From: an uncultured Planctomycetota bacterium
GTDB lineage: Bacteria; Planctomycetota; Planctomycetia; Isosphaerales; Isosphaeraceae
DNA: 64,000 nucleotides
Reading direction: 5' to 3'
NCBI GenBank assembly: GCA_963845755.1
Contig: CAWJTV010000005.1
Coordinates: 768,001-832,000 of the forward strand
Both the position numbers and the translations under genes were made by a program. Every line of letters starts with the position of its first letter. The first letter of the stretch is position 1. This document shows positions 26,891 to 40,789 of the stretch, piece by piece. Below the pieces are notes generated by a model. It was not told where the DNA came from. It saw nothing but the letters and a program-made list of their open reading frames with translations, and did no database searches.

Positions 26891-29800
26891 TCACTTGATC
26901 GTATCCAGGTAGGCGAGCAGATCCGCCATTGCCGGCACGTCGATCTGCTTCTCCAGGCCCTCGGGCATGTAGGAGAGACCCGTATTGCGCAGCTCCTCGA
27001 TCTGGAGGCGAAGGATGGTCTCCTCGTGACCGTCGGGCTGGCGGATGGTCAGGCTGTTGGCCGTCTCGACAGTGATCATGCCGGTGAGGACGCGCACCGT
27101 TTGTGGTGGCGAGGACGTAGTTGAGGAACTGGGGCAGGACTTCGCGGTTGGGGTCGAGGATGTTGAGCAGCACGGCTTCCAGGCCGCGGTTGCGGATGGC
27201 CGAGAGCTCCGCACCGACCTGCTGGCCGACTCCCTCGAGGCGGTGGCAGGTGGAACACTGCTGCGTGAAGACGGCCTTGCCGCGCGCGGGGTCTCCCTTC
27301 AGAGTGAGCGCTTTCTGGTAGGCGGCGACGACGTCCTGGCGCCGGGCCTGGGCCCCGGCGAAGAGGCGGGCGGCGCGTTCCCGGATCGCCGCGTCAGGGT
27401 AGGACTTCAGCAGATCCAGCCGGGCGGGCTCGACGTCGGCCCGGCCGATCGTGCCCTTCTCAACAGCGTCCAGGAAGGCGACCACCCAAGCCGGCCTCGA
27501 GAAGAAAGCTTCCGCGGCCGTCGCTCGCAACTTGGGGCTCATCTGCCGCCATCCGCGGATCAAGATGTCGGGAACCTGGAGAACGTCAAACTGAGCCAGG
27601 GTCGACACGGCCTCCGTCTGCACGATCAGTGGCTCGCTGGGGGCCAGGAGAGCGGTCAGGATTTCTTGCGCATCAGTCCATGAGGTAAACCGCAACGATC
27701 TCACGGCAGTCGTTCGTGTTACCGCGGATTTCCTGGCATCAACTGCGGTGGCGCGAGCCTCGGCCAGGACTTCATGCAGCAGCGCCTGGACGCGGTCGTT
27801 TCGCTTCTCGGAGAGCCGGGCACGGAATCTGACCGAGTCGGTGTTCAACATCGCCATCACGATCTTGCGGGAGAGGACCTTGTCCGCCGCCAACGGCCCG
27901 TCGAGGACTCGGAGAATCCTGGTCAGGTCGGCCGGCCGGTCGGTGGCGCCGGTCTGCCCGGCCAGCTCGGCCAGGAACGTGCGTCCGTGCCGCGAAGCAC
28001 GGAACCCGGCGTCCTCGGCCAGCCGCTCGAAGACCGCGCCGGTGCAGCCGGTCACGGAGCTGAGGATGGCGAGCCGCATCCAGGGATCGGCCCCATCGCG
28101 AACGGCCAGTGCGATCAATGCCGAGGATGCCCGGGCGGCCGGCAAGGCGCCGAGCGAGAAGGCCAACTGGTAGCGGACCATCGGGTCGGTTTCGTCCACC
28201 ATCTGCAACATCCGCCCCTGAATCGGTTCCGAATCGCGGGCGAACGGCTCGCCCAGTATCAGGGCATGCTCGCGGACGCGCGAGTCGGGGTCGTTCAGCG
28301 CGGCCAGGACATCCGCCGGCTCGATCGCGCGGAGCCCCGCGAGAGACCCGAGTGCGTGAACGCGCGCGATGGGCCGCTTCGACTCGGCGACCAGCCGACG
28401 CAGGGGAACGATCGCCGACCGGTCCTGCCGCTGATAGATGAGGCGCGATGCCGTATCGCGGTGCCAGCCATTGGCGTGCTCCAGCAAGGCGACCAGCTCG
28501 GCCGTCGTCGCCTTGGCGAGCCTGGGAATTCGCGGCGCGTATCCTTCCGGCGCAATGCGCCAGAGCCGTCCCCGATCGGCGCCGCTGGAGACGTCCATGT
28601 GCTTGAGGATCTGCGGAGGCAGGAAGGCCGCGCCCTCGATCAGCTCGCGATACATATCCACGACCCAGAGGCATCCGTCCGGCGCGTTGGCCAACTGCAC
28701 GGGGCGGACGTAGCCGTCGCGCGAGGCGAGGAATTCGCGGCCGACCTCCACGCTCCGGGCCGTCACGAGCACGCCGTGCGGTTCCGGGATGGCACGATGG
28801 ACCAGGTTGTTGGAGACCTCGCCGAGGAACAGGTTCCCGTGGCACTCGGCCGGGAAGGCGTCACCACGATAGACGGTGACCCCGGTCGCGCCGGTGAAGA
28901 ATCCGGCGGGAGAGCCCCCCTCGTCGGAGCCGGGGACGAGGCCCTGACTGCGCAGCCGGGTCCGCAGCGACCTCCAGGGCTCGATCGGGCTGATGCGGTG
29001 CAGCTTCGTGTACTTGCCGGCCGGCGCGACGTTTATCGCGGCCGCCGGTGCGTGGAGATGCGGATTGCGGGCAATGTAGCGACTATCGTACATCACCAGG
29101 TGGAACGGATCACTGTTGCCGCAGACATAAGTCCGACCCCAGTCATCCAGACACATTCCATGCTGGCCGACGCCGCCACTGAGCTCGAAGGTCTCGTCCC
29201 GCGGGTTGAAGAGCAAGCCATATCCCCGGACCGAGACCGACCTGGCCGCTTCGTGATCGGCGCGTCGCACGGAACCGCCGTCGAGGCTGGTCGAGACGTG
29301 GAATCGGTTGTCTAGCCCCCAATGGAACGAATTGAGCATCCCCTCCTGGCCCCGGTCCGTGCCGAACCCGGTGAGCACCACCCGGCGCACGTCGGCCTTG
29401 CCGTCGGCGTTAGTATCCTTCAAGTAAAGGAGATCCGGCGGCGAGCCCACATAGACGCCGCCATCCCAGCAGGCGAGAGAGGTCGCCATCGGCACGTTCT
29501 CGGCGAAGAGCGTGCTCTTGTCGTAGACGCCGCCGCCTCGCGTATCTTCCAGGAGACGGACGCAACCCCGGAGAGTTTGATTCGGGTTGGCACCGGCGTA
29601 CTGGTTGTACTCGGGAAATTCGGCGACGTAGAGCCGGCCATCCTCGTCGAACTCGATGGCCACGGGGCTACGGATGAGCGGTTCGGCGGCGACCAGATCG
29701 ACGCGGAAGCCCGGTCGCGGAACGAGTGCCCGATGCGATTCCGCTGGATCCTTCAATGGGAACCGTGGCAGCTCGCTGCCGTAATCCCTGTCAACGGTGT

Positions 29801-29921
29801 CCCGACCTGCTGAGGACTTCTGACCCGGACCGGATTGTCCCTCCGCACAGGCTGCTAGCGCGACGAGGAGAGCCAAGACCAGGGGACTGGCAACGAACAT
29901 CATTCGACGGCGGACAGTCAT
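26891..29921 (-). CDS. PVC-type membrane-bound dehydrogenase with C-terminal CxxCH heme domain, frameshift near 27100
   Basis: PGFRVDLVAAEPLIRSPVAIEFDEDGRLYV, RP...APDGCLWVVDMYR, HEAT repeats, CSTCH, SYMPEGLEK. Confidence 0.9.
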
Positions 29922-30079
29922 GAGGACCTGCCTCTTGGCTCGACAAACCGCGTTGGTATGAGGGCGGGGCGACCGCAAAGGTCGCGATCCGATGATGCCG
30001 GGATCGGGTGACCGGATCAAGAGAGTCGTTCGGGGCGGGACTCCGTCGGAGACCTATTCATAGAGACACCTCTTTCCTG

Positions 30080-30674
30080 TCACGCATCCGGCGTGTCGAG
30101 GATGCCTTGGAGCCGTTCGGCGAGTACCGGCGGCAACTCGGCGAGCCAACTTCGATCGATGAGGCCCACGCCGACCAGATCCCGGAGATGCGTTCGATCC
30201 TTGTCGCGATTCGACAACAACTTCATGTGGACCAAAGCCTTCAGGGTGATGACGAGAAAGCCGGCGGGATCGTCGATCGTGGACAGGTCGGGAGCCGGAA
30301 AGGGGTGCTCGGCGCGGAACCTTTTCCCCAGCAAAGAGCAAGTGGATCGACTCGCTGGGCTTGGCGTCTGGGCCATCGAGGAAAATCGTTACGTCGAGGA
30401 CTTCCCCGCGCACGAAGCCCACATGTTCGAGAACCGCGGTGATCCGCGGTAGGTCTTCGCGCCGAACGAGCAAGTCGATATCGCGCGTATTGCGAACCGC
30501 CCCTTCATCGACGGTCGTCACCCACGAGGCGACGGCATGGCCGCCCACCACCGCGTAGGGGAGGCCGGCCTGATTCAGAGCCGCCGTAGCTCGCAACAAT
30601 CGATCGCGCACCTTGGCCACGGCTCGCTCCATGCGGTCCAGGATTTCCCAGCCCATCGTCACGGTCGAGTTCAT
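30080..30674 (-). CDS. stand-alone nucleotidyltransferase-superfamily protein, frameshift near 30320
   Basis: YAVVGGHAV...RNTRDIDLLV (GG plus DxD); C-terminal LVHMKL..RDKDRTHL. Confidence 0.72.
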
Positions 30675-30788
30675 GATCCTCCTTGCGATTCCCGAGGGAT
30701 GGGGATGCCTATGCAATACCGCTTATCAGGGTATGGTATCACCCGCGGCACCCACCGCCAACTCAGTCTCGCCTCGGCCGGAAATGGA

Positions 30789-32198
<1,410 letters not shown>

Positions 32199-32351
32199 GA
32201 GGACCTCCGATTGCCAGGCGCGTTTCCGACCGCAAAGCCCCCGATGATCATGCCGCATGGCGAGCGCCGCCTCAAGTGGGGACGACTGGAGCGATTTCCG
32301 GCTTCCCGCGGCTCTCGAAGCCAACATTTCACAATTGTCAGAAGATTCTCG

Positions 32352-32379
32352 TTGACAGAAGTAGTCGAGCGGCGATACT
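32352..32379 (+). promoter_or_regulatory. possible sigma70 promoter for the DUF1549-DUF1501-EF-hand operon
   Basis: TTGACA, 16 nt, GATACT in the divergent intergenic region. Confidence 0.4.
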
Positions 32380-32528
32380 CATTGATTAAGATCGACCGAG
32401 ATCGTGTCACTCTCGGGACGCCGCCGAGACCCGGGATCAGGGGAGCCGATGGGGGAAGTCAGATCGGGCGATTCGGACTGAACGCCTCAGCTCGATGAGG
32501 GCTAAGCGGAACTGAGAGGATCACAACC

Positions 32529-34114
32529 ATGCACCCCGTAAGGCCTTGGATCGCCGTCGTCTTGATGGTCGCTGCGGCCCGGGCTGATGGGACGGTTGAT
32601 ACCCGCCGCGCGGGAACAACCAACGTCCCCCCCGCGAGGGACTGCGCAAGCACTGACAGCCCGCATCGACGCGGTGCTCGCAGCCCGCTGGGCGGAGGGC
32701 AAGATCCGTCCTGCCACGGTCGCCGACGACGGCGAGTTTCTCCGGCGCGTCAGTCTCGACCTGATCGGCAAGATCCCGACCGCCGCCGAGACACGGGATT
32801 TCCTCGACGACCCGAGCAAGGATAAGCGTCGCACCCTGGTCGAACGCCTGCTCGACAGCCCGGCCTACACGACGCGTGCGCGACCGAAATGTGGCGTCAG
32901 CTCCTGCTGCCCGAGGCTGATACCGAGGATCTGGCCCGGCAGGTCGCGGGCGGCTTCGAGTCGTGGTTGCGGAAGAAGGTCATCGAGGACGCGGGCTACG
33001 ATCGGATCGTCCGCGAGATCCTCACGGCCAGATTGAACGAACGCAATACCGACTCGTCCATGAGTCGGATCGATGCCTCTCCCGTGGCCTATTACGTGGC
33101 CAAGGAGCGGAAGCCCGAGAACCTCGCGGCCGGGGTCTCACGCGTTTTCCTGGGAATCCGCCTGGAATGTGCCCAGTGCCACAATCATCCGTTCGCTCGC
33201 TGGAAGCGGGAACAGTTCTGGAGCCTCGCCGCCTTCTTCGCGGAAGTGCCGTCCGGGGACCCCGACAACCCGCGCGCCGTGCGCGGGAACGCGATGCCCC
33301 TCCGCGCCGGGAGTTGAGCATCCCCGGGACGAATAAAGTCGTCAAGGCGTCCCACCTCGACGGTTCCAAGCCGGCATGGCGTCCTCGTGCGGAGACCCGG
33401 GAGATCCTGGCCGAATGGGTGACCGCCCCCGAGAATCCGTATTTCGCCAGAGCGATTGTGAACCGTGTCTGGGCACGATTCTTCGGAATCGGCCTGATCG
33501 AACCGGTGGATGACCTGGAGGGCGAGGCCGGTTCGGAGTTGAGCGGCCTGCTCGACGAGTTGGCAGGACAATTCCAGGCACATGGCTATAAGCTGAAGTT
33601 CTTGATCCGCGTCATCACGGGGACCCGCGCCTACAACCTCTCGAGCGTCTCAAACCAGACAGAGTCGACGACGCCGATCTTCGCGTCGATGCCGGTCCGC
33701 GGCCTCTCGCCCGGCCAGCTCTTCGACAGCCTCACCCGGGCGACCGGAGCCGAGGCACCCGACGCTCGAGCCCGCTTTCTCGAGCTGTTCGCAAGTCGCC
33801 AGGAGCGGCCAGCCGAGGCCGAGACGACGATCATCCAGGCACTGACGATGATGAACGGCACGTACATCGACGGTGCCACGAACCCGGAGACCGGCCAGGT
33901 GCTCGGCGCGATCGTCAAGGCCCCATTCCTGGACACGCCGGGTCGGATCGAAACCCTCTACCTCGCGACCCTGACCCGCCGCCCGAGGCCCGACGAGTTG
34001 GCGGTCCTGGTTCAATTTGTCGAGCGGCGAAAAACGTCCGATGAGCAAGAGAAAGCCCTCGCCGACATCTTCTGGGCCATCCTCAACGGACCGGAATTCC
34101 ACCTGAACCATTGA
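32529..34114 (+). CDS. DUF1549/DUF1553 protein, about three frameshifts
   Basis: DDGEFLRRVSLDLIGKIPT, FLGIRLECAQCHNHPF, NPYFARAIVNRVW, QALTMMNG. Confidence 0.88.
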
Positions 34115-34200
34115 CCCGGCTCGAGCGGTTCACCGACATCGAGCGCACTTCTTTCGTTTGACCCGACACGCGCCCGATGAGGCGCGAAGGGAGCGTCGCC

Positions 34201-35553
34201 ATGAGTCGCCCAATCCGGCATGTCCCGCAACTGAACCGACGACAGGTGATGCGGCTCGCTGCCGCGGGAGCCCTGGGTGCATCCGCATCCGGCTGGATCG
34301 AGGCGCTCGCGGCGGATACGGCCGCACACCCGAGGCGGCACAAGTCGTGCATTCTCCTCTGGATGTCGGGAGGCCCGAGCCAGACCGACACATTCGACCC
34401 AAAGCCCGGCCACGCCAACAGCGGGCCGTTCAAGCCGATCGCGACGGCGGTCCCCGGGCTGATGCTCGGGCCGCACCTGCCGAAGCTCGCCCGACAGGCC
34501 AAGGATCTCGCCATCGTCCGCTCGATGAGTACCAAGGAAGGGGATCATGGGCGAGCGACCTACTACCTGCGAACGGGTTACTTGCCCCAGGGCCCGGTCC
34601 GATACCCGGCGCTCGGCTCGCTGATCGCCAACGAGTTCGATGACGAAGCGGCCGAACTGCCTGGGTTCGTCAGTATCTCCCCGGCCCGGGGGATTAATGC
34701 GGCCGCGTTCACCTCGGGTTTCCTCGGGCCGAAGTGCGCGCCCTTGAACGTCGGCGAGCGGACCCTGGGAAGCGGTGCGGACGCGGGCAGTCCTTCGTTG
34801 CGCGTTGAGGATCTCGACATCCCGCGCGGCATCGGCCGCCCAAGAGCCGACGATCGGCTCGAGCTTATGCGAACTCTGGGCGACGAGTTCCTGGCGAACC
34901 GTCCCGGAGTTCCGACGTCCAGCCACCAGAGTGCCTATCTTCGCGCCGTGAAGATGATGAAGTCGGCGGCTGCCAAGGCGTTTGACCTGGATGAGGAACC
35001 GGCCGCCGTACACGACGCATACGGTCGAACTCCGTTTGGACAAGGTTGCCTGCTGGCCCGCCGCCTGGTCGAGCGAGGAGTCCCCTTCGTCGAGGTCACT
35101 CTCTCTTCGGTTGACGGCAACGCCGCCCTGGGATGGGACACTCACGCGCAGAATTTCGACACCGTCGAGAAACTTTGCGGCGTTCTCGACGCGGGTTGGT
35201 CTACCCTGATGACCGACCTTCGTTCGCGCGGGCTACTCGAGAACACGTTGATCGTCTGGATGGGCGAGTTCGGACGGACGCCCAAGATCAACGAGTCCGC
35301 CGGCCGCGACCATTTCCCGAACGCCTGGTCAACCGTCCTCGCCGGCGGAGGAATTCGTGGTGGCCAGGCAATCGGCGACACCGGAGCCGATGGCGAACAG
35401 GTCAAGGACCGGCCCGTCCTGGTCCCCGACCTGCTCGCGACCGTCGTCAAGGCCCTGGGGATCGACCCGGCCAAGCAGAACATCGAGAGCAACGGCCGGC
35501 CGATTCGCATCGTCGATCCGAAGGCCAATCTCATCAAGGGAATTCTGGGATGA
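34201..35553 (+). CDS. DUF1501 protein
   Basis: RRQVM Tat-like signal, ILLWMSGGPSQTDTFDPKP, WDTH, GEFGRTPKIN. Confidence 0.92.
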   Translation: MSRPIRHVPQLNRRQVMRLAAAGALGASASGWIEALAADTAAHPRRHKSCILLWMSGGPSQTDTFDPKPGHANSGPFKPIATAVPGLMLGPHLPKLARQAKDLAIVRSMSTKEGDHGRATYYLRTGYLPQGPVRYPALGSLIANEFDDEAAELPGFVSISPARGINAAAFTSGFLGPKCAPLNVGERTLGSGADAGSPSLRVEDLDIPRGIGRPRADDRLELMRTLGDEFLANRPGVPTSSHQSAYLRAVKMMKSAAAKAFDLDEEPAAVHDAYGRTPFGQGCLLARRLVERGVPFVEVTLSSVDGNAALGWDTHAQNFDTVEKLCGVLDAGWSTLMTDLRSRGLLENTLIVWMGEFGRTPKINESAGRDHFPNAWSTVLAGGGIRGGQAIGDTGADGEQVKDRPVLVPDLLATVVKALGIDPAKQNIESNGRPIRIVDPKANLIKGILG

Positions 35554-37267
35554 TCGGCTCAACGGCTTTCGTCCTCCTCACTCTGGCCGCGGCGCCCTCC
35601 CAGGAACACGCGCCGGCCGAACCGGGGAGTGATGGAGCGCGCCACTTGATCTTCCTCGCGGATCACCGACCCGTCTTCGTACGCCTGCGGGTTACGTCCC
35701 AAGGCCGGCCTTTCGAGGCGTCCTGGATCAACTCGGTCCGGACGCTTCACGCCAGCCTCGACCGTAATGCTGACGGTAAACTGACCACCAAGGAAGCCGA
35801 CCCAAAAGTCCTCGGTGCACTCGTGCGTCTGGCGACGGGAACGGCTGCGGTCTTCACGCTCGAAGGGCTGGATGCCCACCCGAAAGATGGTGTCGTCTCG
35901 ATCGACGAGTTGGCCGAAGCTCTCCTGCCGATCCTGGGGCCATTCCGTCTCCAGGTCGGCCGGCAGGCGATCAGCCGCACCGACTGCGCTCTTCGATCAG
36001 CTCGACCGCGATAAGGACGGCGCGCTCACCCGGCCCGAGTTGGGGGCGATTGCCGGATCACTTCGGCCGCTCGATCTCGACGATAACGAAATGATCACCC
36101 CCGACGAACTTGAGCCGTTCAACAGCCCGGCGCTGACCGCAATGCTCGACGAATCATCCGACCGGCGAGCCCGCTTCACCGCACTCCCGCCGGTCGTCGA
36201 GCTTGTTGCCGAGGAGTCGTCGCTTCGTCCGGCCCGGCTCCTGCTCAAGAAGTATGACAAGGCGCCGGCCGACCGTCCGGGGAGGCTCGACAACAAGCTG
36301 TCGATCGAGGAATTCGCCCTCGAGCCCGACGTCTTTGCCAGGGCCGATACCAACAAGGACGAGGCATTGAACACGCAGGAGCTTCGAGAGTTCCTCACAC
36401 GAATGCCGATCGATCTGACGCTCGATGTCAGCATGAGTTCCGAAGGTTCGGGCAAGGCGACGGCCCGCGTGGCAGACGGCGGCGCCCTGCCGAAGGGAGT
36501 TCAGGTCCGACAGCTCGCCGACGGTGATCTCGAGATCGCGATCGGTCAGGTACGGCTCGATATTCTCGTGGAAGAGGCAAACGTCGCGGCTCGCTGAGAC
36601 TCGTCGAGTGCTCGACCAGCGATTCAAGGTCACCGACAGCAACAAGAATGGATACCTCGAAGGCAAGGAACGAACTTCGATCGATGCTCCTCAATCGCCG
36701 CTCGCCGGTCTGTCGGATGTCATCGACCGGGATGGCGACGGCAAGATCTACCTGAAAGAACTGCTTGCCTTCGGAGAGCGCCAGGCCGACGCTGCGCGAA
36801 GCCGATTGGTCGTGACGACGGCCGACCAGGGCCGCGCGATTTTCGGCATTGTGGACCTGGACCGAGACCGTCGTCTCGGTGCTCGAGAGGTGATGCGCAC
36901 CGTCGACCGGGTCATGTCGTGGGATGGCGACAGTGATGGACACGTCTCAGCGGACGAGATCCCCTATCACTTCCGGGTCACCATCGCCCGAAGTGGGCTT
37001 CCCGGTCTGACGGGTGATCTCGGCGCCACGGCCACGCCACGGTCGATGGGCGCGAAGCAATCCACCGGTCCCACGGCCGGTCCGGACTGGTTTCAGAAGA
37101 TGGACCGAAACCACGACGGTGACGTCTCTCATCGCGAGTTCCTGGGTCCCCGCGACGAATTCGACCGTCTCGACCGGGACAAGGACGGCCTGGTCGACCC
37201 CGAGGAAGCCCGGGAGCCTACGGCGCCGAAGACGAAGGACGCCCCACGGAACACGAGCCGCCCGTAG
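35550..37267 (+). CDS. secreted multi-EF-hand protein, two frameshifts
   Basis: Many DxDxDGxL motifs (DRNADGKLT, DRDKDGALT, DSNKNGYLE, DRNHDGDVS); ATGA-coupled to the DUF1501 gene. Confidence 0.85.
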
Positions 37268-37536
37268 GTCGAGGGGGACCTCCTCGAAAAAGGGCGGATG
37301 AAGAAGGGAGGGGATAGAATCCGCGGACCTGGCGTTCTCGACCAGAAATGATGACTGACCTAATGGGCGTCATGGCTGGATCGATGAGCTGGAGTCCCGG
37401 CGTCAGCCGTTCTTCTCTCGCCTGATGGCGGGACTCCAGACTGCGTATCGAGGATTGACTGATCGCTCGTCGGGCCCTGGCTGCCCGCTGTGGGTAAACC
37501 ATGGGTCTCTCGGAGATCTTGACGGGATCGAGAGGC

Positions 37537-38071
37537 TCAGGACGACTTGCCCGCGGCTTTCGGGCTCTCCGCCGGTTTCGCGGCCGGTGCGACCTCGGTC
37601 GCCGGGCTGCGCTTTCTCTTCCGCGAGGCGGCGATAGTAACGCTCCAGGACGGTGCGGTACTCGGGCGGGAATCCCTCGGACATCGACTGGAGGATGCGG
37701 TCCCGCTCGCGGTCAGAAAGCTTGGCCCAGTCCTTGTTGTTCTCCCTGGGGTCCACGAGGGCGCCAATGCCGCCCGTGCCCCGGCGGATCCGCGAGTCGT
37801 CCATCCCACGAGTGGGATTGTTGGCCTTCATGCCACGGCACTCATCACACTTCTTTTCCAGAGAAGAGATGAGTTTGTCCAGTTCGCCGAGGATCACCTT
37901 CTGCTCGGTCTGCACTGGCTTGCCGGTCTCCTTCCGATTGAGTTCGTCCGTTACGCCGGCCATCTTCGCGGTGATCGCCTCGGCCGGCGGCTCGGCCCGA
38001 AGGGCGGGTTGGAGCAGGAACGACATCAAACCGGTCGCAACCAGCATGGGAAGTTTGCGTCTCATCATCAC
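37537..38071 (-). CDS. secreted hypothetical protein (planctomycete family), probable frameshift near 37605
   Basis: Signal peptide; WAKLSDRERDRILQSMSEGFPPEYRTVLERYYRRLA; the true end is 37537 or 37403. Confidence 0.7.
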
Positions 38072-38176
38072 CTCGTAGTCTCGGGGTCAGAGAAAACAGC
38101 TCGAATCGCTTTCCCACTCGAGCCCACCTCGTCCAGGTCGCCCTGAACGATTGGCTCGGTAAACGTCGTCGATGAT

Positions 38177-40075
38177 TCACTGAGAGTTGTCATCGGGGAA
38201 CGGCAGACGCTCCGCGATCTTCGCGAGCGACTCGCGAATCTCGTCTTGCGTGACTTCCAGCGTCTCGACCTCGTGCCGGACGGCCGGAGGCAGCGTGGAT
38301 GCGGCGGGGCGGGACTTGTCGACCCCGACTGTGTCGTCATTGAGCCGCGCCTGGATCATCCGCACCATCTTGAGCTCGGCGATCAGACGATTCAGCTCGC
38401 GCTCGCGTTCCCTCGGGTCCGAGGAGAGGGGCGAGCCCGGCGTCGGTGGCGTGGTTGACGGGAGCCTGCGGATCGACTGGGCCAGACCGAGCAAGTCTTC
38501 CTCGATTCGGGTCTCCATCGCGACCGTGCGAAGCGAACCGTCGCCTTCCTTGAGCCAACCCTCGATGCGACGCATCTCGCGCGAAAGGATGCGAAGCGTC
38601 ATCGGCAGGGCGATCCCATACTCGGTCTCCTCGACCAGGGCGAGCAAGTGCTCGGTGCGCTCGCCAAACTCGGCCTCGTTCTTCGATAGGCCGGCCAAGG
38701 TGATCAGGGCCGTCCGCGATTTCTGCAGGACGCGTGGCGCCTGGGCCTGGGTGGTCTCGCGGACCGACAACTGAAGCTCGTGCATCTCGGTCAAGTCGAT
38801 GATGAGGCGGGACCGGAGTTCGGAGCGAAGCTCGACCAGCAGCCGCTCGATCGACTGGAGGAACTCATCGCGCGACTTCACCAGAATTTCCAGCGCGGCC
38901 GACTGGTCTTCGGCCGCCGTCCCGGCCGTCGTCTTGCCGAGCCTCTGCTCGGCCGACCGCATCGTGGCGCTGGCGCGGATCAGGTCTTTTCGCAAGGCAA
39001 TGCCGACGTCGCCCAGCCGCACCGAGGTGGCATCGAGCCGTTCCGCCGCGCCACGGTTCTTGGCTTGATCGTCCTCGCGGCGCCGGAACTCGGCCTCAGC
39101 GATCGTTCGCCTGGTCTGCCCTACCTGCTCGTCGAGACGAGCGAATTCCTGACGAAGGAGGCCGAGTGCCTGATCCTCGGCCGCGATGGCGGCTGGGACG
39201 TCGGCTTTTGCCAGGGCAGTCACCGCCTCGCCCAGGTGGGTGTCGGCGCGCCGCAGGTGAGGCGGCTGGAGGTCGGCGAACAACGGGTCGTTGGCGAGGG
39301 CGGTCGCCGCCGAGCGAAGTTTGACCTGGCGCTCCCGGATCGCCGCGCAGGCTTGCTTGGCCGGCTCATCTGCGGTCTTCGACGCCTTCCTGGTGTCATC
39401 GATCACGGCTTGCTGGTCGCGGACGAGCGTCTCCAACTCGGGCCGGCGCGTTGCGAACCGCTCGAGACGATTGCGTTGCTCCAGAGCGAATCGGGACCAG
39501 CCCAACTCGCGACGCTCTTCCTTGACGATCCGTTCGAGCTGGCCGAGTGTCTCGCGCATCTGGCGGAGCCGCGCCAACTTGAGCTGAAAGTCGAGGTCCT
39601 CGGCGAGCAGCAGAGTGCGGAGGTGTTCCAGCTTGGCGATCAGCTCCTTCACCTCCGTCTCCGCCTTGCTGAGCTGAGCGTCCTTCAAGAGCTTGTGCGT
39701 TTCCCGCATCTGGTCGAGAATCTGCTCCTCGCGCGAGAATTTCAGGGCCAGACGGAGCCGCGAGGAGTTCTCCGGCTCGAGACCCAGCAGGGCCTCGGAG
39801 AGCCGGAACATCCGTTCCTCGAGCTCGTTCATCTGGGCCGCAACGTTCTCCTGATTGAATCCAATCGTGTCGCGATCGGACGTGGCGGGAGCCTTCTTCT
39901 CGGCAGCCTTCTTGTCATCGGTCTTCCTCTCGTCATCGAAGACCGAGGCCGCTTTGCCCGATGACTTCGTCGTCTGGGCCAATCCTGCCGACGAGATTAC
40001 GGCGCCCGTCATGATGATCATGAGAGCCAACCGTGCGATCGTTCTCAAGCAGCGATGAGTGCTATGGCTTGCCAT
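38177..40075 (-). CDS. secreted coiled-coil protein
   Basis: 632-aa ORF, signal peptide, long heptad-rich helices; may extend by frameshift to 38068 and couple with the next gene. Confidence 0.75.
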   Translation of the reverse strand: MASHSTHRCLRTIARLALMIIMTGAVISSAGLAQTTKSSGKAASVFDDERKTDDKKAAEKKAPATSDRDTIGFNQENVAAQMNELEERMFRLSEALLGLEPENSSRLRLALKFSREEQILDQMRETHKLLKDAQLSKAETEVKELIAKLEHLRTLLLAEDLDFQLKLARLRQMRETLGQLERIVKEERRELGWSRFALEQRNRLERFATRRPELETLVRDQQAVIDDTRKASKTADEPAKQACAAIRERQVKLRSAATALANDPLFADLQPPHLRRADTHLGEAVTALAKADVPAAIAAEDQALGLLRQEFARLDEQVGQTRRTIAEAEFRRREDDQAKNRGAAERLDATSVRLGDVGIALRKDLIRASATMRSAEQRLGKTTAGTAAEDQSAALEILVKSRDEFLQSIERLLVELRSELRSRLIIDLTEMHELQLSVRETTQAQAPRVLQKSRTALITLAGLSKNEAEFGERTEHLLALVEETEYGIALPMTLRILSREMRRIEGWLKEGDGSLRTVAMETRIEEDLLGLAQSIRRLPSTTPPTPGSPLSSDPRERERELNRLIAELKMVRMIQARLNDDTVGVDKSRPAASTLPPAVRHEVETLEVTQDEIRESLAKIAERLPFPDDNSQ

Positions 40076-40540
40076 CGAAAAACCTCGTGCCTGCGAGTCT
40101 TCCGAGACTTCTTGGCGACCTCGAGGACATTCTGCTCGATTCTGAGAACTCTGGCCATCGAATTCTCGACGACGCCAACCGTCTTACTTTCGTCGAAGGT
40201 AGGAGTTGATTGCAAGGGAAATCTTGACGATTTGTTGGAATGCGTCCAGGAATTCCGAGGGCCAGGGCGCAACCCATTTCAGGGCTCCGGGGGAAGCCCC
40301 AAAACCGCGACTCGTCGGATGCCCCCGAGGCGGGCATCGATGCGCGATCTCGAAGCAGGAAGGCCGATGAGTTCCGGAATGACCTCGGGCGGGGCGCGGC
40401 AATCGGGATCGCCCAGGCCTGACGGATTCGCACTGTCGCTCCTCTCGGCCTTGACTCGGGCTGCACTGCACGATAACTTCCGTCGCGGCTCGCCCGGACA
40501 TATCGGGCAGGTCGCCCCACGTCATAGAGGGAACGATGCG

Positions 40541-40789
40541 ATGCCAGACTTTCTCGACCTGCGTCGGCGTTTCCCGTCTCAGTTGGAAGTGACTCGACTT
40601 GTGGAGGAAGCCATCGATCCGCTAGAGATCGAGCTCAGCCGTGCTGAACTCCAGCGATTACGCGGCAAGCTCAAGAGCGAGATGCTCAGGCGCTACCTGG
40701 AGATCGCCGAAGAGAAAATCATGGCTCTCACCGAGGTTACATCGCCATCAGGGATCGATGAACCGTTAACCATGCGGACGGCCGGTTAG
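40541..40789 (+). CDS. small helical hypothetical protein (82 aa), convergent with the caspase gene
   Basis: MPDFLDLRRRFPSQLEVTRLVEEAID...; AGAGGG RBS; TTGACT-17 nt-TAACTT upstream (40451-40479). Confidence 0.6.
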   Translation: MPDFLDLRRRFPSQLEVTRLVEEAIDPLEIELSRAELQRLRGKLKSEMLRRYLEIAEEKIMALTEVTSPSGIDEPLTMRTAG

